Below, piece by piece: positions 39,291-52,609 of a stretch of 64,000 nt of DNA (its first letter is position 1; each line of letters opens with the position of its first letter). Below the pieces are notes generated by a model. That model saw only the letters and a list, made by a program, of their open reading frames with translations, had not been told where the DNA came from and made no database searches. This stretch comes from Chara braunii (taxonomy: Eukaryota; Plantae; Charophyceae). Both the position numbers and the translations under genes were made by a program. Location of the stretch: assembly GCA_003427395.1 (NCBI GenBank), contig BFEA01000011.1, forward strand, positions 4,431,832 through 4,495,831, read 5' to 3'.

Positions 39291-40399
39291 CCTTCACTAC
39301 TTTGAGAGTTGTCTGTAATACTTGTTTCCTTCGTTTTCTATATTGATAATCTTTTTGAAGACTATACAAGTTGTTTTTGAAAGAGAAAGATAGTTTTTAA
39401 AGAACCGGTCTTCATTTCTTCTGTGTTGTAAAAAAATCATTTCCCACTCGTTGCCAAAAGTTGACTAAAAGAGAATTATTAAGTTTGAAAAAACTTCAAC
39501 CTTTCTTCATGTATTGTATTACAATATCGACTAATTCCGAAGTACAAATTCATAAGGAAAGACAATGCCACAAGTGCAAAAGATATTAAAGCACTTGCAA
39601 AGAGATGGTGAATCAAGAAGAAGCAAAAAGAAGAATCGAGAGAAGAAAAAAAAAAATTACACTGCCAAGACCAAAGACAAATCTCTCTTTCTCTCTCCAG
39701 TCTCCTCCTCCTCCTTATCTCCACCAATCTTATTCTTCATCAAATAATAATAGTAATAGTAATAATGAATGGTTGAGCCAGAACCAATATCCGAAGTTCC
39801 CTCTTAATGCCAATACAACAAGTGGTTCACCATAGCCACGACCTCCCTCTTCTTCTACAATGAACATGCTTCGACTATGGCAAACTACTAAGAGTCTTGC
39901 CCTCACATTCAAAAGACAGCGCAAAAGCAACAATGTCCACTGCCCTTCAGGCCGCCATGCCTGACCCTGCCCTAAACTCTTCTTGGTTGAGGGCTACCCC
40001 AAGGGGGGCTGCCATATGCAACTCGTAACAAGTTGATGAAGATGATGTCCTCCATAGCCAGGTAAGTACCGTGCCACTCTCCTCCTTCGCCCCCTTCAAT
40101 TTCTTCCCCTGCAAGCTGGGCTGCTCACCATAGCCAGGTAAAGCGCCCAACTCTCCTTCTTCCTCCCCAGGAGCTCACTTGAGAACCAACGCCCGCTCAA
40201 GCAGCATGACGCCGAAACTTGCATACCGCAAATGAGGAGGAGCTACCTGCTTCTGCAAGAGATAGCGGTCAACCAGCCTCATGGCTGGTGACTTCCAGGC
40301 TACACAACCTCCAAGCAACCGGTCGCTCCTCCCTTCCGGAGAGAAACATAATTGCAGACTCTGATGTCCGCACAAGCCCTAGACTCAGGGCCTCAAGCT

Positions 40400-41885
40400 A
40401 CTTGGACTGATACCCGCCTAAAACTAATTTTACCGCTATTGGGCCTCTAAAAGTACTAACTTCTGGTCTTCTTCTGCTAGGCCTACCGCAACTTTTAGTT
40501 CTATCAGCCTAGCCTACCCGCTACTTGAGTGTTTTTCCCATCTTCCCTAAGCATCGCGGGCCTACCACTTGCTACTTGAGTGTTTTCCCCCTGCTGCAAC
40601 CCTCAAAGTCACGGCCACATGTAAGTACCAACCTCATTGGCCTTTCAGACACACAAGTGCCCTGGCGGACCACACACACTCGAGCACACACACAAAAATC
40701 ACCAGACACACTCACACACAAACTTAGAAATCTCAGCAAACAGCGGGAATCTCAGCAGACACACAATCCAACGAAAAAACAAAAAAATCAGCACAGTTCT
40801 CAGTCGGTGACTTTCCAAGTCATTACATTATCCCCCTCTCAAGGCGACGCCCCTTCGAGCGAGTAACTCATTTTGAGTATCTGCAAAAGACATCATAGGC
40901 ATAAATGAGAAAATGAGTTGTGGTGTGTTCATAAGGCGTGAGTGTTACAAAAAATTTGACTATCTGCCGAGCAACTATCTATCCTTTGTAAGCGTTGACA
41001 ACAAGAGGTACATTCTGTAACAAATCTTTCCGATTAATCCAGTAGAACTAATCCAACGGGTGATATAGGAAGTGAACTTTATACTGTTTGCTCGTCTCAT
41101 TTCCCTCATGTAAAACAATTCTGTCGATTTCGTGACAACCATCAATACCACGGGGGATCATAGGCTCTCGATAAGGAATAGACTCGTCAGCAATGTGGGC
41201 ATTGTGGGGAAACAATTTGGATGCATGAAAGACCGGATACGTGTGCTGATCAGGTGGCACGTTAATCACCTTCTACCACCTTTAGAACCTGTCAAGGACC
41301 ATAGTACAATGGAAGAAGATTTCGCGACACTCCCTCTTCTTCAGAAAATTCAGACATTTTGACCAGACATAACTTCCTACTTCGAATTTCCCGTCTTTGC
41401 GTAAATTCTTAGCGTACTTTATCATGACATGTTGATGCTTGGTCATTGTTGCAACAACAACTTTGAGCAAGCATGCATACTGGGTATTGTAACCAGGCAC
41501 GTCGAGAGTCCGACTAGGCGACCAATTAGGGAACAAGAAGGATAGAGGATTGTGTATCTGTCAGCCGTAGTGCAACTGATTCGACGTCACCCGGGAAGCA
41601 GGGCGGATGAAGTTGTTGTGTAACCCCTTCACTTTATCCAGCTCTTTGTCCCACGTGTCATGATCAGGGATAATTAGAGCACGAAGAAGTTGAGTGACAA
41701 CCTGGTTGATTTCCTCAGCCAACCCATGTGCTTTGGGTGTCGGCCAAATGTTATCTCCAGTTCGATGTCATAGATTTGAGATTTGGAGGCCTTCCAATCT
41801 GCAGTAATGAACCTTGTGTGTCGCAAGAGTTTTCGGGGGACCATACTGCAGAATGTACTTTTGATGGAACTCCTCAATCACAAGA
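40400..41885 (-). mobile_element. Chromovirus-type Ty3/Gypsy remnant (integrase C-terminus, chromodomain, PPT, 3' LTR)
   Basis: YPVFHASKL, then HEIDRIV...QYKVHF (chromodomain-like). Purine tract GAGAGGGGGA at ~40831-40840 is followed by TGTAATG at 40827. The LTR end is uncertain. Confidence 0.8.
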
Positions 41886-41891
41886 TGAGTA

Positions 41892-42937
41892 AATTGCCAT
41901 TTCGTCAAAATAGACATCTTTTATTTTTTGAACGAAATCGAAACCGAGTTTTTTGGTAAAAAACTTGGCCAAATTTGCTGCTCCTGAGGGTTCGGCATTC
42001 TTAAAACGCTGCACCCCCTGGATGTATATGGACTTAGCTTGAGACCAAACACGAATTTTTTTATTTTTTAAAAATAAAAATAAAAACTATAATCGTGTTG
42101 TGTTTGGAAATTTCAAGCGGTATTTTTCACTAGGAAGATTCTCACGCCCAGCCGGTCCTGCCCGGCCGGGCACCCGGGCCTGACGTCCGGCAGGGTCTGA
42201 CGCCCGGGGTACCCAGGCATGCAAAAAAAATAAAAAATAAAAAAAATAAAAATAAAAAAAATTGGTTTTCTGCGCTCTCCCAGAGGACTCCAAATCCGGG
42301 CTCATTTCGTTTTTTGTGAGTTGGCTGTCAAGCGGGGGGGAGGGGGGTATAAATCGCTTTTAAAGGGGCTAAAGGGATCTAAAGGGGGTTGCCTTTGTGT
42401 GATTCTGTTATTTTCTTTTTTATCTCCGATTCTGTGACGAATTATAATGTGACCCTCAGCCAAAAGTCGTTTGTATTTCAATCCTACACAACATATTTTT
42501 TTCCGGAATTTTTTTTATTTTATTTTTTTTTGGCGCTGGGGCTGCCCGGAACCCTGCCCGGGGGTCATGCCCAGCCGGGCACCCGGGGCTGTACCCGGGC
42601 AGAAGTTGAGTGCCCAGGCGCCCGGGAAAACAGCCTAGGTATTTCATTCATAAGTTCTCCAATTTAAACATAAGAGAATTTTTCATGTTTTTAGTAACTT
42701 TTACGAAAATTTTACCTTTTGTAATGGGAATCTTTTGGACTCCTTCCCATACTAAAAACATTTGAATCAAGTTGTTCCCCCTGGATGTATCCGGTCGCAA
42801 GATAAGTCTGCATACATCCACGGGGTCCAAAATTTTAAGAACGCCCAACCCTAGGAGCAGCAAATTTGGACAAGTTTTCAGCCAATTTCAATTTCGTTCA
42901 AGAAATAAAAAATGTCCATTTTGACGAAATGGCAGTT
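41892..42937. mobile_element. ~1-kb non-autonomous TIR element, same family as 7020-7333
   Basis: ~160-bp imperfect TIRs starting AAYTGCCATTTCGTCAAAAT; no TSD seen. Confidence 0.85.
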
Positions 42938-43828
42938 TTGTCACGGCCGCCGCTGCCCTTGTCGCCGTTGGTGATGTTGTTGTTGTTGATGTTGCCGCTG
43001 TTGTTTTGTTGGTGTTGCCGTTGTGGCCATCATCGCTGCTGCCAGCATCATCCAGTGTCCACGAGCGGTCTTCGAGCTGGTTGTGCAGGTCGCGACCATT
43101 CTCGAAGAATCATGTCATCCGCTTGCCCGCAATCAGTGAAGGCATCTGGCTGGGGATACAGCCCCTCCTCCAGCTCCCAGATGATGTCCAGCATGCCCTG
43201 AGTCGTGTCTTCCAACCAAGCGGCCAATGAGATAGCCCCCCCTTCAACCTCCAGCCCGTTCTGCCACTGCGATGATAACCCCCACACAACTGCCCGCAAC
43301 TGCCTACATCCCTCCAAGATAACCAGGCACTCCTCTGCTCCACGTTGTAGCTCTTCCATTGAAGCCATTACTTACCCTAAAACTGTGCCGCTGTTGCTGC
43401 TCAAACCTCCAAAACACAAGGCTGACGCTTCCGCTGTTCACGCATCACAAGACGTCCCCGCCACCAGACAACAGGTGGCAGGTGGCAAATGAGCCACTGG
43501 CCCACTGCCATGTGTCGGGCGTGCGCACAGGCCCAGCAGGCGGCTAGCCTCACCTCCCCTGGCGCTGGTCGAGCTGGGGCAACCGGGCCTCGCCGGTTGG
43601 CCAATGTCGAAGCACTAGCGCTAGCGCAAATTTCCCTCCCCGTGAGGCGCTCAATCATGGGGCAGGGGCCATGCTGTGCTCTACTCACTGAGCTAATCAG
43701 CTGCCTTTTGCTTAACTCACCTGGCAGCGTCAAGCCAAGCCTTCCAAGGCTCGCCAGCCTGCAACTGCGCCTTTCCAGAGTGGCCTGCCGCGTTCACTAC
43801 CGGCCCAGGCCTGAATCAAAACCTTATT

Positions 43829-43928
43829 ACCGACCTTTGGGACATCCGTTAAAATTGGAACGATACGGAGAAGCTTGGCATGACCACTGTGCAAGGATGA
43901 CACACGTAAATCGAAAATGGTCCACATA
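43829..43928 (+). pseudogene. U6 snRNA pseudogene (near full length)
   Basis: GGACATCCGTTAAAATTGGAACGATACGGAGAAG...GCAAGGATGACAC...AAATCGAAAATGGTCCA; the ACAGAGA box and AGC triad are mutated. Confidence 0.92.
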
Positions 43929-43949
43929 AATACAGGAAAAAAGTTCTTA

Positions 43950-44444
43950 TCGCGTATACCAGTAAGAGCACTACTTAGGTATGGGAGCTGGACCCGGTTG
44001 GGCAGCACATTTCCGTCCATTCTGCGTTGCCTGTTCCCCAGCCTTTTCAAACACATATTTTGCAGAGTGCAAGACACAATAGGCGCCACGAGGATGGCAG
44101 AGGCTAAGGGATGGAGGGAGATCCTACTGGTGCCCCCCGGTGGTCCCCCCCCAACACCCGACCCTACTGCAGGATAGGTACGGAAGTGCAGACTGGAGAT
44201 GGGACGCTGGACCCGGTTTCCAGCATATTGGCATCACCCTCATTGATGTACATTGATGTACTGTTCTGCAAAGCTGCATTTAAGGGACGCTGGACCCGGT
44301 TTCCAGCAGGTGTTACTCCCCACCAATAGATGGAGCGGCCCGCTAGGCAAAACCTCAATCCTGGTGGTTCTCTTACCACCACCAGGATAGTGGTCTTGCA
44401 CAAGGGCCTTTTTCCAAAAAAAATAAAAAAAAATAAAATAAAAA
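43950..44444 (+). mobile_element. 5'-truncated LINE-C-related 3'UTR copy or derived SINE
   Basis: Repeated GCTGGACCCGGTTTCCAGC hairpin motif, CTCCCCACCAATAGA, a terminal stem-loop and an A-rich tail; similar to 57200-57630 and 14403-14830. Confidence 0.8.
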
Positions 44445-45524
44445 GGTTCATGTGAACTGGTGGATTAAGAGCACCGATTCAGATAGGAAGAGTGGTGTAG
44501 CTCTCTGCATTGATGAATTTGAAGCTCTCATACTCCGCAATGCCACATCGATTGATGCATTAGTAGGTTTACCGTAGGTACTGGTACTCCGGGGATGATC
44601 TCCGGGCTCAAATAGCTCTTTTATTCTCATTGTATGAGGGACGCTGGAACCGCTTTCCAGCAGGTGCTGCTCCCCACCAATAGATTGGAGCCACAAACCA
44701 AGTTGCTAGGGGTGATGGGTCATATCATCACTCCTAGCAAACTTGGTGGGTGTTTGTATCAAAAAAAAAAAAAAAAAAAAAAAAAAAGAGTGGAAAGTGA
44801 TTGTTTTGTCGGCAGCCCATGTGTGAAGTTCAGTCATATGAAGCGACTGGGTTTGGAAATGATTTTGATAGTGATTGTTTTTACGGCAGCTCGCGCGTGA
44901 AGTTCACTCGTATGAAGTGACCGGGCTTGGAATTTTTTTTTTTTTTTTTTTTTAATTATTTTGATTCGACTGTTTGCAGCAATTTTGTGCCACCACCATG
45001 GTCCTCAAGGCAGCTTGGCAATTCCCTCTCCACGTACTCTCACTTCTACACAGGATTACTGCCCCCATGATCATCGTGCGCTCGACTTCGTTGCATTCAA
45101 AGGTTCGGTGCGATAGTACTTTTCTCTACCTTCTAGTATGTCACAATTAGGAAATACAGCTTCCGTGGTCCTCATAAATTGTCACCTGTAGCCTTTCTGC
45201 TGTCGACCCCTTGCTTGGTATTCTTCATCAAGTCAAACCACTTCTTTCCAGTGCATATCAAACAATGCATTCACTCTGGTATCATTGCTGCTTGTGATTT
45301 ACATTCCCGCCTGGGTATTGTTGAAACTTTGAAACCCCCAATAATTGTGGTTTGCAGTGCACAACTCTACCGAGGACATCGAGCCGCGCTCCGCTTCTCT
45401 CAAAATGTGCAAAACGAGAGTGAATCTTCCGCTAGAACATGAAAAGATACACCGCCATGATAAGGTCTGCCAGACCCTCTCATTACACTAAGTCTTGCTA
45501 GGGGCTAGAGGAAGATGATAGCTT

Positions 45525-46270
45525 GAGCCTGGCGTCCGAAGTTCCCGTATGACAAGGCTCGTGTTCGACTCCGCTTCCACCAGGGTTGGCTCATGGCTAC
45601 CTTCTTCCCCCTAATACAACGTACGGTCATTATAGCTGTAGTTGGGCTGTCTTTCAGACTAAATACAGCTATGATGACCGTACATTGTATTCGGGGGAAG
45701 AAGGTAGTCCTGGTGTCTGTCACTGCTGACCAGTCCAAGTTCCCCTCGATACTGGTAGAGGTAGGGTACTAGGAATAGGGGGTGCGCTAGAAGTATTGAC
45801 GCGAGGATGGGATGGGAGATAGCCTCGTCTCTTCAGGCCAACCATGGCTGACAGCTTCTGGCGATCAATGTGAGCCTAGTAACTGGCCTCTACAACACCC
45901 TGGACTTTTTAGGAATGAAAAAAAAAAAAAAAAAAGATTGCATGAGCCTGGTGTCCGAAGTTCCTGTACGGCAAGGTTCGTACGCTTCTGCTTCCACTAG
46001 GGCTGGGGGGTTGGCCCAGCCTTGGTGCCTGTCACCTCTGTCTGGTCCAAGTTGCCCTCGATACTGGTAGGATAATGGTCCTGAGTGCTGGTCACACTCA
46101 GGCTGAGGTAGGATAGTAGGGACAGGGGGTGCGCTAGGAGTATTGACGTGAGGATGGGATGGGACGTAGTCTTGTCTTCTCAGGGCAACCATGGCTGACC
46201 AGTCCCAGTAATCACTGTGTGCCCAGTGACTGGCCTCTACAACACCCTGGACTTCTTGGGAAAAAAAAAA
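45525..46270 (+). mobile_element. Two tandem copies of SINE family 2 (45525-45935 and 45943-46270)
   Basis: Shared head TGAGCCTGGYGTCCGAAGTTCC (B-box-like GTTCGACTCC in copy 1), shared tail TGGCCTCTACAACACCCTGGACTT, and poly(A). Confidence 0.8.
45600..45704. mobile_element. Tc1/mariner-type hairpin MITE with TA TSD (other copies at 55138-55262, 58334-58438, 58613-58723)
   Basis: TA|CCTTCTTCCCCC...GGGGGAAGAAGG|TA; absent from the adjacent SINE copy. Confidence 0.88.
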
Positions 46271-47894
46271 GAAAAGATACATGGCCATGATTTTCGTCTT
46301 TTGCGCAGGTCGAGAGTAGTGGAGCGAGGCTCATGCTCCCGCTCTTGCTTTGTCTGTTCATGCTTTCCTGCCAGGTGCCTCGATCTGTTCGAAATTCGAA
46401 GTCTTACACGATCACAATTAGCAGTTTGTTGTTCCATGCTATAGCGGACAGCGACTCGGACAGGAAAGAAGAGAAGAACTCAAAATATATTCACACAGAA
46501 TTATCTGGGACAATGCAGATTAGGAATTGGCCTACTGGTAGTACAGGGATTAAAACACCCAGCTGATGAGAAAGTCATCTGTGAGGGAAAACAAGCCGGA
46601 GACCTTGTCGCTGTTGGCAGAGGGAATAGTAGAACAACTAGTGTGAGCATTACTACAAAAGCCATACTCAGAAGGTGGGCAGCACTCATCTAGTGATCAC
46701 AGGTTAGACCACCAGTACTTGGCCCATACATCGGCCGCGCTGCTTCCTCGTTAACGCGCCGCGCCGCGCCTTTAGGGCTTCGCGCTACCGGGGCACAATG
46801 GCTGGAGGCGCCAGCCAAAACGCAAACAAAAAGTCGCGCTGGCGGTTCGTTCAAACTTGTCGCATGGGTGCTCCGAGGCTCGACATCGATAGCTGGGCCA
46901 AGTTCTGGTGGTTTAAGGCTCAGGACTAGATGATAGGGGCTGGGCAATGAAAGGTCTTAAGAGCTCAAGGCACAAGTGTACAGATCAGGCAGTCTGAGAA
47001 GACTGGGAGGGGCGAGCTGCCAGACCAGTGCTGCAAGTCGAGACGGGAAAACTACTAGAACAAGACGAACAGAGGTGCAGCTGGAGTAATCCTTCCTCTC
47101 TGCAGAAAGTAACCGGTGGCACCGATGGCACCGATGGCACCGATGGCACCGATGGCAGTCTCTCAGGGACCCTTGGCCATAATGAAGGGATGCTGGAGCC
47201 GGTTTTAAGCAATTAAGTGAATTTTTGCTTTTTGAAATAAAGAAAAGAAGGCAAAGGCCCAGTGTGAGCATGCCTGGAGTGTTTTTTTCTATCATTATTA
47301 TTATTAATAATTTTTTAATGTCGACTGTTCACTTTGCAATGAAGTTAGGAGGGTGGATTGCCACTTGGTATGAAAGGGCCACAGGCTGTGGTGGCTCCAT
47401 GAAAACATCTACTACCACTCGAAACAGTTTTTACCTAATGCAATTTTGAATGATGCAGATCTGCTGAGTCTGATGCGTGTGCATTTGCTGCCATCCTGTA
47501 TGTGTTCTTCCCTTGAGAACATCTTTCTTTCCCCTGAAAAGGGCCTGAAAGCATCTTCGTTTATTTGTTTTAAAATTTAAAGTTCAAACTTCAAAGTTTA
47601 AACAGAAAGCCAGCCTCACCTATTGCATGATATGTGGAGGGGGGCATCCAGGGGCCTGCATCATATCTTGGAGTCTTCTCTATTTGGTTGATTTGCCGGT
47701 TCTCTTGAACATTCACCCCTTTTAACTCGCACGGCATTTGAGTCCGTCGAGCATCTGTGCCACAATCATCATGATGCAGTGATGCACCAATCGCAATCTA
47801 CAGCTGCCAGTATTCACAACATGTGACTGGCATTATCATCATCATGCGTGAAAGATTTACAAGGCAGATCCCGACGCATGTGATTCATCGATGC

Positions 47895-47968
47895 CAAGTA
47901 CCGAGGTAAAAGGTAGCCCGTCAGGCTCATAATCTGCATGGTGAAGGTTCAAATCCCACTGCCACCCG
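47895..47968 (+). pseudogene. tRNA-Met(CAT)-like relic resembling organellar trnfM
   Basis: GGTAGCCCGTCAGGCTCATAATCTG...GGTTCAAATCC; the acceptor stem is not intact. Confidence 0.65.
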
Positions 47969-48267
47969 CAAGACGCGGAGGCACACGCGAAGCACACGCA
48001 AAGCGTCCCTGTTCGATCCTCGACACGTAGAATTCTCATTGGAAGATATTGTGAATGCAGGGGTCCGTGGATAGACATGTGTGACACACAGCATCACACA
48101 CGGAGCAAAACGGATGACAAAGATAGGAGGTGGGAGCAGTGGGTGGTGAAGCATTCCAGTATCCATCGTACCTGATTAGGAAGGATACGCCCGCTTCAAG
48201 GATTTCACATGGTCAAGGGTCATCAAATATGCTCACAAGGCACAATTCAAGGGAGAAAAGTGGGTTG

Positions 48268-48608
48268 CCTGCTGCTGCTGCTGCTGCCTTGTGCTGCTAT
48301 TGCTTCTGCTTGCTGCCTTGTGCTGCTGTTGCTTCTGCTTGTTGCCTTGTACTGCTGTTGCTTCTGCTTGCTGGTACAGCTGCTGATGCGTCTGCTTGCT
48401 GGTACAGCTGCTGATGCTTGCTGCCTTGTGCTGCTGTTGCTTCTGCTTGCTGGTACAGCTGCTGATGCTTGCTGCCTTGTGCTGCTGTTGCTTCTGCTTG
48501 CTGCCTTGTGCTGCTGTTGCTTCTGCTTGCTGGTACAGCTGCTGATGCTGGCTGCCTACCGGTAGTGCTGCTGCTTCCCGCTGCTGTGCCCGCTGCTGCT
48601 GCTGCTGT
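48268..48608. repeat. CTG/CAG-rich minisatellite
   Basis: Interleaved units GCTGCCTTGTGCTGCTGTTGCTTCTGCTT and GCTGGTACAGCTGCTGATGC. Confidence 0.9.
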
Positions 48609-48861
48609 CGAATTTGGCCTTTATGTGCCATATGTGGATTTACTCTTGATGGTCGCATAAACCTAACCAACGCCATTATGACGCCGCTCAGTAGAAGAAA
48701 GCAAGCCTCATAGGCGCATCCCGGCTGTATGGTTGGCTAGTCAGCTGATCAGCTCTGCCTGTCTGCCGGTCAAGCTGACGTCTTTGCCAAGCAGTAGGCA
48801 TATAACTGTCTGACATAGCATCAACAAGTTACACTACCATAACGATATACTGATAATCCTA

Positions 48862-48995
48862 CCGTAGCTCAGTTGGTACACCCATGAACTGTTGAAATAC
48901 AGACTCAAGTTCGAATCCTATCCGATGAACAGAACAAAATCACTTTGAATTACCTGGGACCGGGGTCAGTTCAACGATGATATCTTAAGGCCGTC
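48862..48995 (+). mobile_element. tRNA-headed short repeat, family 3 (related pieces at ~55458, ~57635-57740, ~59790-59905, ~60720-60960)
   Basis: TAGCTCAGTTGG...AAATACAGAC...GTTCGAATCC, then the conserved TTGAATTACCTGGG..CCGGGGTCAGTT..ATGATATC..AAGGCC. Confidence 0.65.
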
Positions 48996-48999
48996 NCCC

Positions 49000-49545
49000 C
49001 CATCTGTTCCTCCTGTGGGAGAGCATCACCNCCCGCCTGTGCAACGCTCGAACACTGTCTCCTGGGCCCTGCCATGCCCGATGGTCGCCCAACTGTGGCA
49101 GTGGTGGGACGCGGCCTTCCACTCTATAACGACATTCCTCATCCCTTGGGACCTGGGCCTCCTCTTACTACGTAAGAATCAGCAACTGCTGACCCGGTGG
49201 ACTCCCTTTGCAGTTAACCGATTCTCATACACAAGACATACACAAGACTGTGAATACTAATGCTGGCCTGGCGTGCAAGATGCTCCTTCGAAAGAAAAGG
49301 CCCTGGTCATCAATTCAGCCGACAGCAGGCCCAACAAGCTTAGGGAAAGCCACTTAGGGAATTCCAAGTCCCATACCTTCCAGCTAACTTCTTCCTCGCC
49401 CCTACCCCTCCATCCCCAATGCCACACACTCAGCCCGCGCCTGTCCCGCAGACCCCTGCATCACTATCCTCACCACCCACTCCTCTTCCCCCCATGCTCC
49501 TGCCCTTTCTCTCGATTTGCGAGTGCCATCCTTTTTTTTTTTGGT
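49000..49545 (+). mobile_element. LINE ORF2 C-terminal fragment
   Basis: CPMVAQLWQWW... resembles the post-CCHC region of LINE-B and LINE-C. Confidence 0.55.
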
Positions 49546-50407
49546 TAATGTGCCATACTTTCATGTGTATGGGACGCCGTATGGCATGCTAATAATCACC
49601 GTTATGAGCGGTGCGCTGTCATAGCATGCCATGCCACGTAGAATAGTTCTCTCGATTATTTGCATGGCATTAGCATGGCATGCTAATAATCCAAACACTT
49701 GTGGTACATCAAGAAGTCGGAGGAGAGAGATTCAGAGGTACATCAAATCTAATTAATACAATCGTTAAAATGTATGAAGGCCAGGAAGTGGGAGAGGCAA
49801 GATTGGTACCTACCTCGACAGATTAACCGTCTGTCGATTTTAGCCACGATTTAGGGCACGCTCACACTGCCATAGCAAATCCACATAATCTGATTTGGGA
49901 AAATAGTAGTGGCGCCGGTCACACACTGTCCCCAAATCTCCCATTTCCCGATCGAGAAAGCTCACCTTCTGTGGAGCTTGGGAGGAAGCCAGTCACACGA
50001 GGCACACCCTTTTTCCATCACCTGATTTTCTTTCTTTCTTTCTTTATTTATTTATTTTTGGGGCAAGTACGTCCATGTCACAGGTGCAGTTTGGAATGGG
50101 CAAAAATATCACTTCGTCGGCACTTCCGTTGCGTCCCAGTTTCTAAACGCAAGAGTAACACCTAGCGGCGCTTCAGACACGAGGCATGTTAGTATTGAGC
50201 AGTTTTGTCGCTTTTTGGACCGGTTCCTTCCCAGGTAGTGGGCCGGTCCACTTGAGTCGGGAAACGGGCTCCATTGAGTGGGGACATGGGATACAGGCCA
50301 TTCCTGATCTCTTGGAAAACGGCACAGGACAGCCCAATCCTTAGGGAACCGGGCTGACAGGCCAGAGGTCGCCGCTGGGGAAGTAGTTTGGCAGTGAGTG
50401 CATCCCC

Positions 50408-50575
<168 letters not shown>

Positions 50576-51131
50576 GGCCCAGGACAGAACGCTCCCCGAC
50601 AACGAATGTAGACATTTCATGTTTCTTGTCAGATGCAGGTATTATCGGGGTGAGTTCTGTTCCGTGTCCGTCTGTTGCGTGTTCATGTGCGGGCTAACAC
50701 CCGCCCAGTGCCGCCCACTTTTTGTGCTGTTTATGCCTCATACGAACTACAGCCCTGGTACGCCTGGCATCTTAAGTTTTTTTTGCCTATTTGAACTCCG
50801 AAATGTTGATGTTGCGACGGTCTGTTTTTCTTGCCTATTTTGAACTGAAGTTGTGACCCAGGGGCAGTTGCCCCTTTATTTTTTCACTTTTCCCCTTCGT
50901 TTAAGAATTTTCTATCATTTTCTTGGGGGGGACCCCCTTTTCCCCTCACCCAACTTTCTGTTTTTTTTTTTTTTGTTTTTTTTTTTTTTCCCACTTTTCT
51001 GGGTTTTCCCCAATATCTCCATTTAAGAATTTTCCATCATTTTTTTGAAAGTTAATTAAAAAAAGAAATAAGGAATTTGCGGTAACCTCCCGACGTTACC
51101 GCAAATTCCCAACCGAATGGGCGGCCCCTCA

Positions 51132-51297
51132 GGGGCCAAGTCCCACTAGCAGCTTTGAGTTTCCTCAACTCCTGAATCTGGCCGTCTTTGTGGAGATGTG
51201 CTGTTGAGAAAACTCAACGCCATTTCTCCACATCTCCACGAACAGGACCAGATTCAGGAGTTGAGGAAACTCAACGCTGCTAGCGGGACCTGACCCC
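51132..51297. mobile_element. PIF/Harbinger-like MITE with TIR GGGGCCAAGTCCCACT (other copies at 54763-54926, 55737-55834, 57816-57919, 59050-59157, 60827-60926, 62397-62666)
   Basis: Recurrent TIR pairs with hairpin interiors; the 55737 copy interrupts a recognisable LINE-B-type tail. Confidence 0.8.
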
Positions 51298-51616
51298 AGG
51301 CCTCTGACAAAAGGGTTCACGGATGTTGAGCGAATAGTTTGCAAGAATGCGAGCTGGGGGTGACTGCCCCTCCACACTATTTTTTGGGGATTTTGGGGAT
51401 TATGCTGATTTGGTACTTGCAGTGTGAGCACGCCCTTCGTATGATTCTTTCTGCACTTTTGCTTCTGATCACAGATTGCAAAAAGAACAATGGCCCTCGC
51501 TCCACTAATACCAAAATTATGCCGGATTCGTTTGCCGGCCACACTGTCGCCCACACTTACAATTCATTGGCCCTCACTGCACCACTCTCCAAATGCGCAA
51601 AATGAGAATGAACTAA

Positions 51617-52149
51617 GAGCCTCGTTCGACACCCCCTTGAACTCAAGGAAGGGTTGACGGAAAATTCTCCGTTCCACCCCCCTCCATAATGACCCCCACC
51701 CCCCCTTGGTAAGGTTTTCACTTTGAATTCCTGCTCTCAAGTGCCCATACTTGAAACTCCCAAGTGCCGCTGGGGCCAAATCGCACCTGGAACTCAAGGT
51801 ACCCCCCGCTACCTCCGGGAGGTACCTTGAGTTCAAGTGCCAGCGGATACCGCCAGCACTCCCTCCAAGTGGGGCTTTTTTTTTCTTTTTTTCCTTTTCT
51901 TTTTTTCCAGCAGGCGATGATGGTCCAGGATATGCTGGTCCAGGATTGGTCAGCAAGCCGTGGAGTTCGGTTTCAAGTGTGCAGGCTGTTCAAACTTCAA
52001 AGGTTTCCTCAAGTGTACATATGGAACCATAAATGGAGTTTCAACTTTCAAGTGTAAATTAATCACAATTTCTCGTTGAGTGTGCATACTAGAAACTTCA
52101 AAGGTTTCCTCGTTAAATGTGTATTTTCAAGTGGTGTCGAACGAGGCTC
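51617..52149. mobile_element. Tourist-like MITE with TAA TSD
   Basis: TAA|GAGCCTCGTTCGACACC...GGTGTCGAACGAGGCTC|TAA. Confidence 0.9.
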
Positions 52150-52472
52150 TAACTCTTCCCCTAGAACATGCATTGGGAAGATAGCCCGTCATATTTTTTT
52201 GTCTTTTCTGCATGCGAACAACAGTGGAGCCACAGCCATTGGTGGCATACTCACACTAGCACTTTCCTCAACGTATCGAACTGCAATTACGTCCAGAGAC
52301 CAGAGTCAGAGTCCGGAGTGCACCTGACTGCAATCACGTCGACCGACAAGTCTACAAAGTTCTAACGCTAGGGTCGGTACGGCCTGAGCCTCACACTGGC
52401 ACTTTGGGAGACGAATCGCCTCCTGTCAATGATCCACCGTATTATTACTCGACTCATCTTTTACTACTCTAA

Positions 52473-52609
52473 GAGCATACTCACACTAGGCCCTCAAACT
52501 CGCAAAATCACAAAATGAGCGGCCAGATGGAGTCCTTGTCAAGGAAGAATTATATCTGGCCGCTCATTTTGGGATTTTGTGAATTTGAGGGCCTAGTGTG
52601 AGTTTGCCC
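52473..52609. mobile_element. Tourist-like hairpin MITE with TAA TSD (related ends at ~52244, 52900, 55370, 58545, 63583-63708)
   Basis: TAA|GAGCATACTCACACTAGG...CCTAGTGTGAGTTTGCCC|TAA. Confidence 0.9.

Noticed and set aside
44498-44520. 5.8S rRNA similarity (GCTCTCTGCATTGATGAA)
   Set aside because: The match is too short and does not extend.
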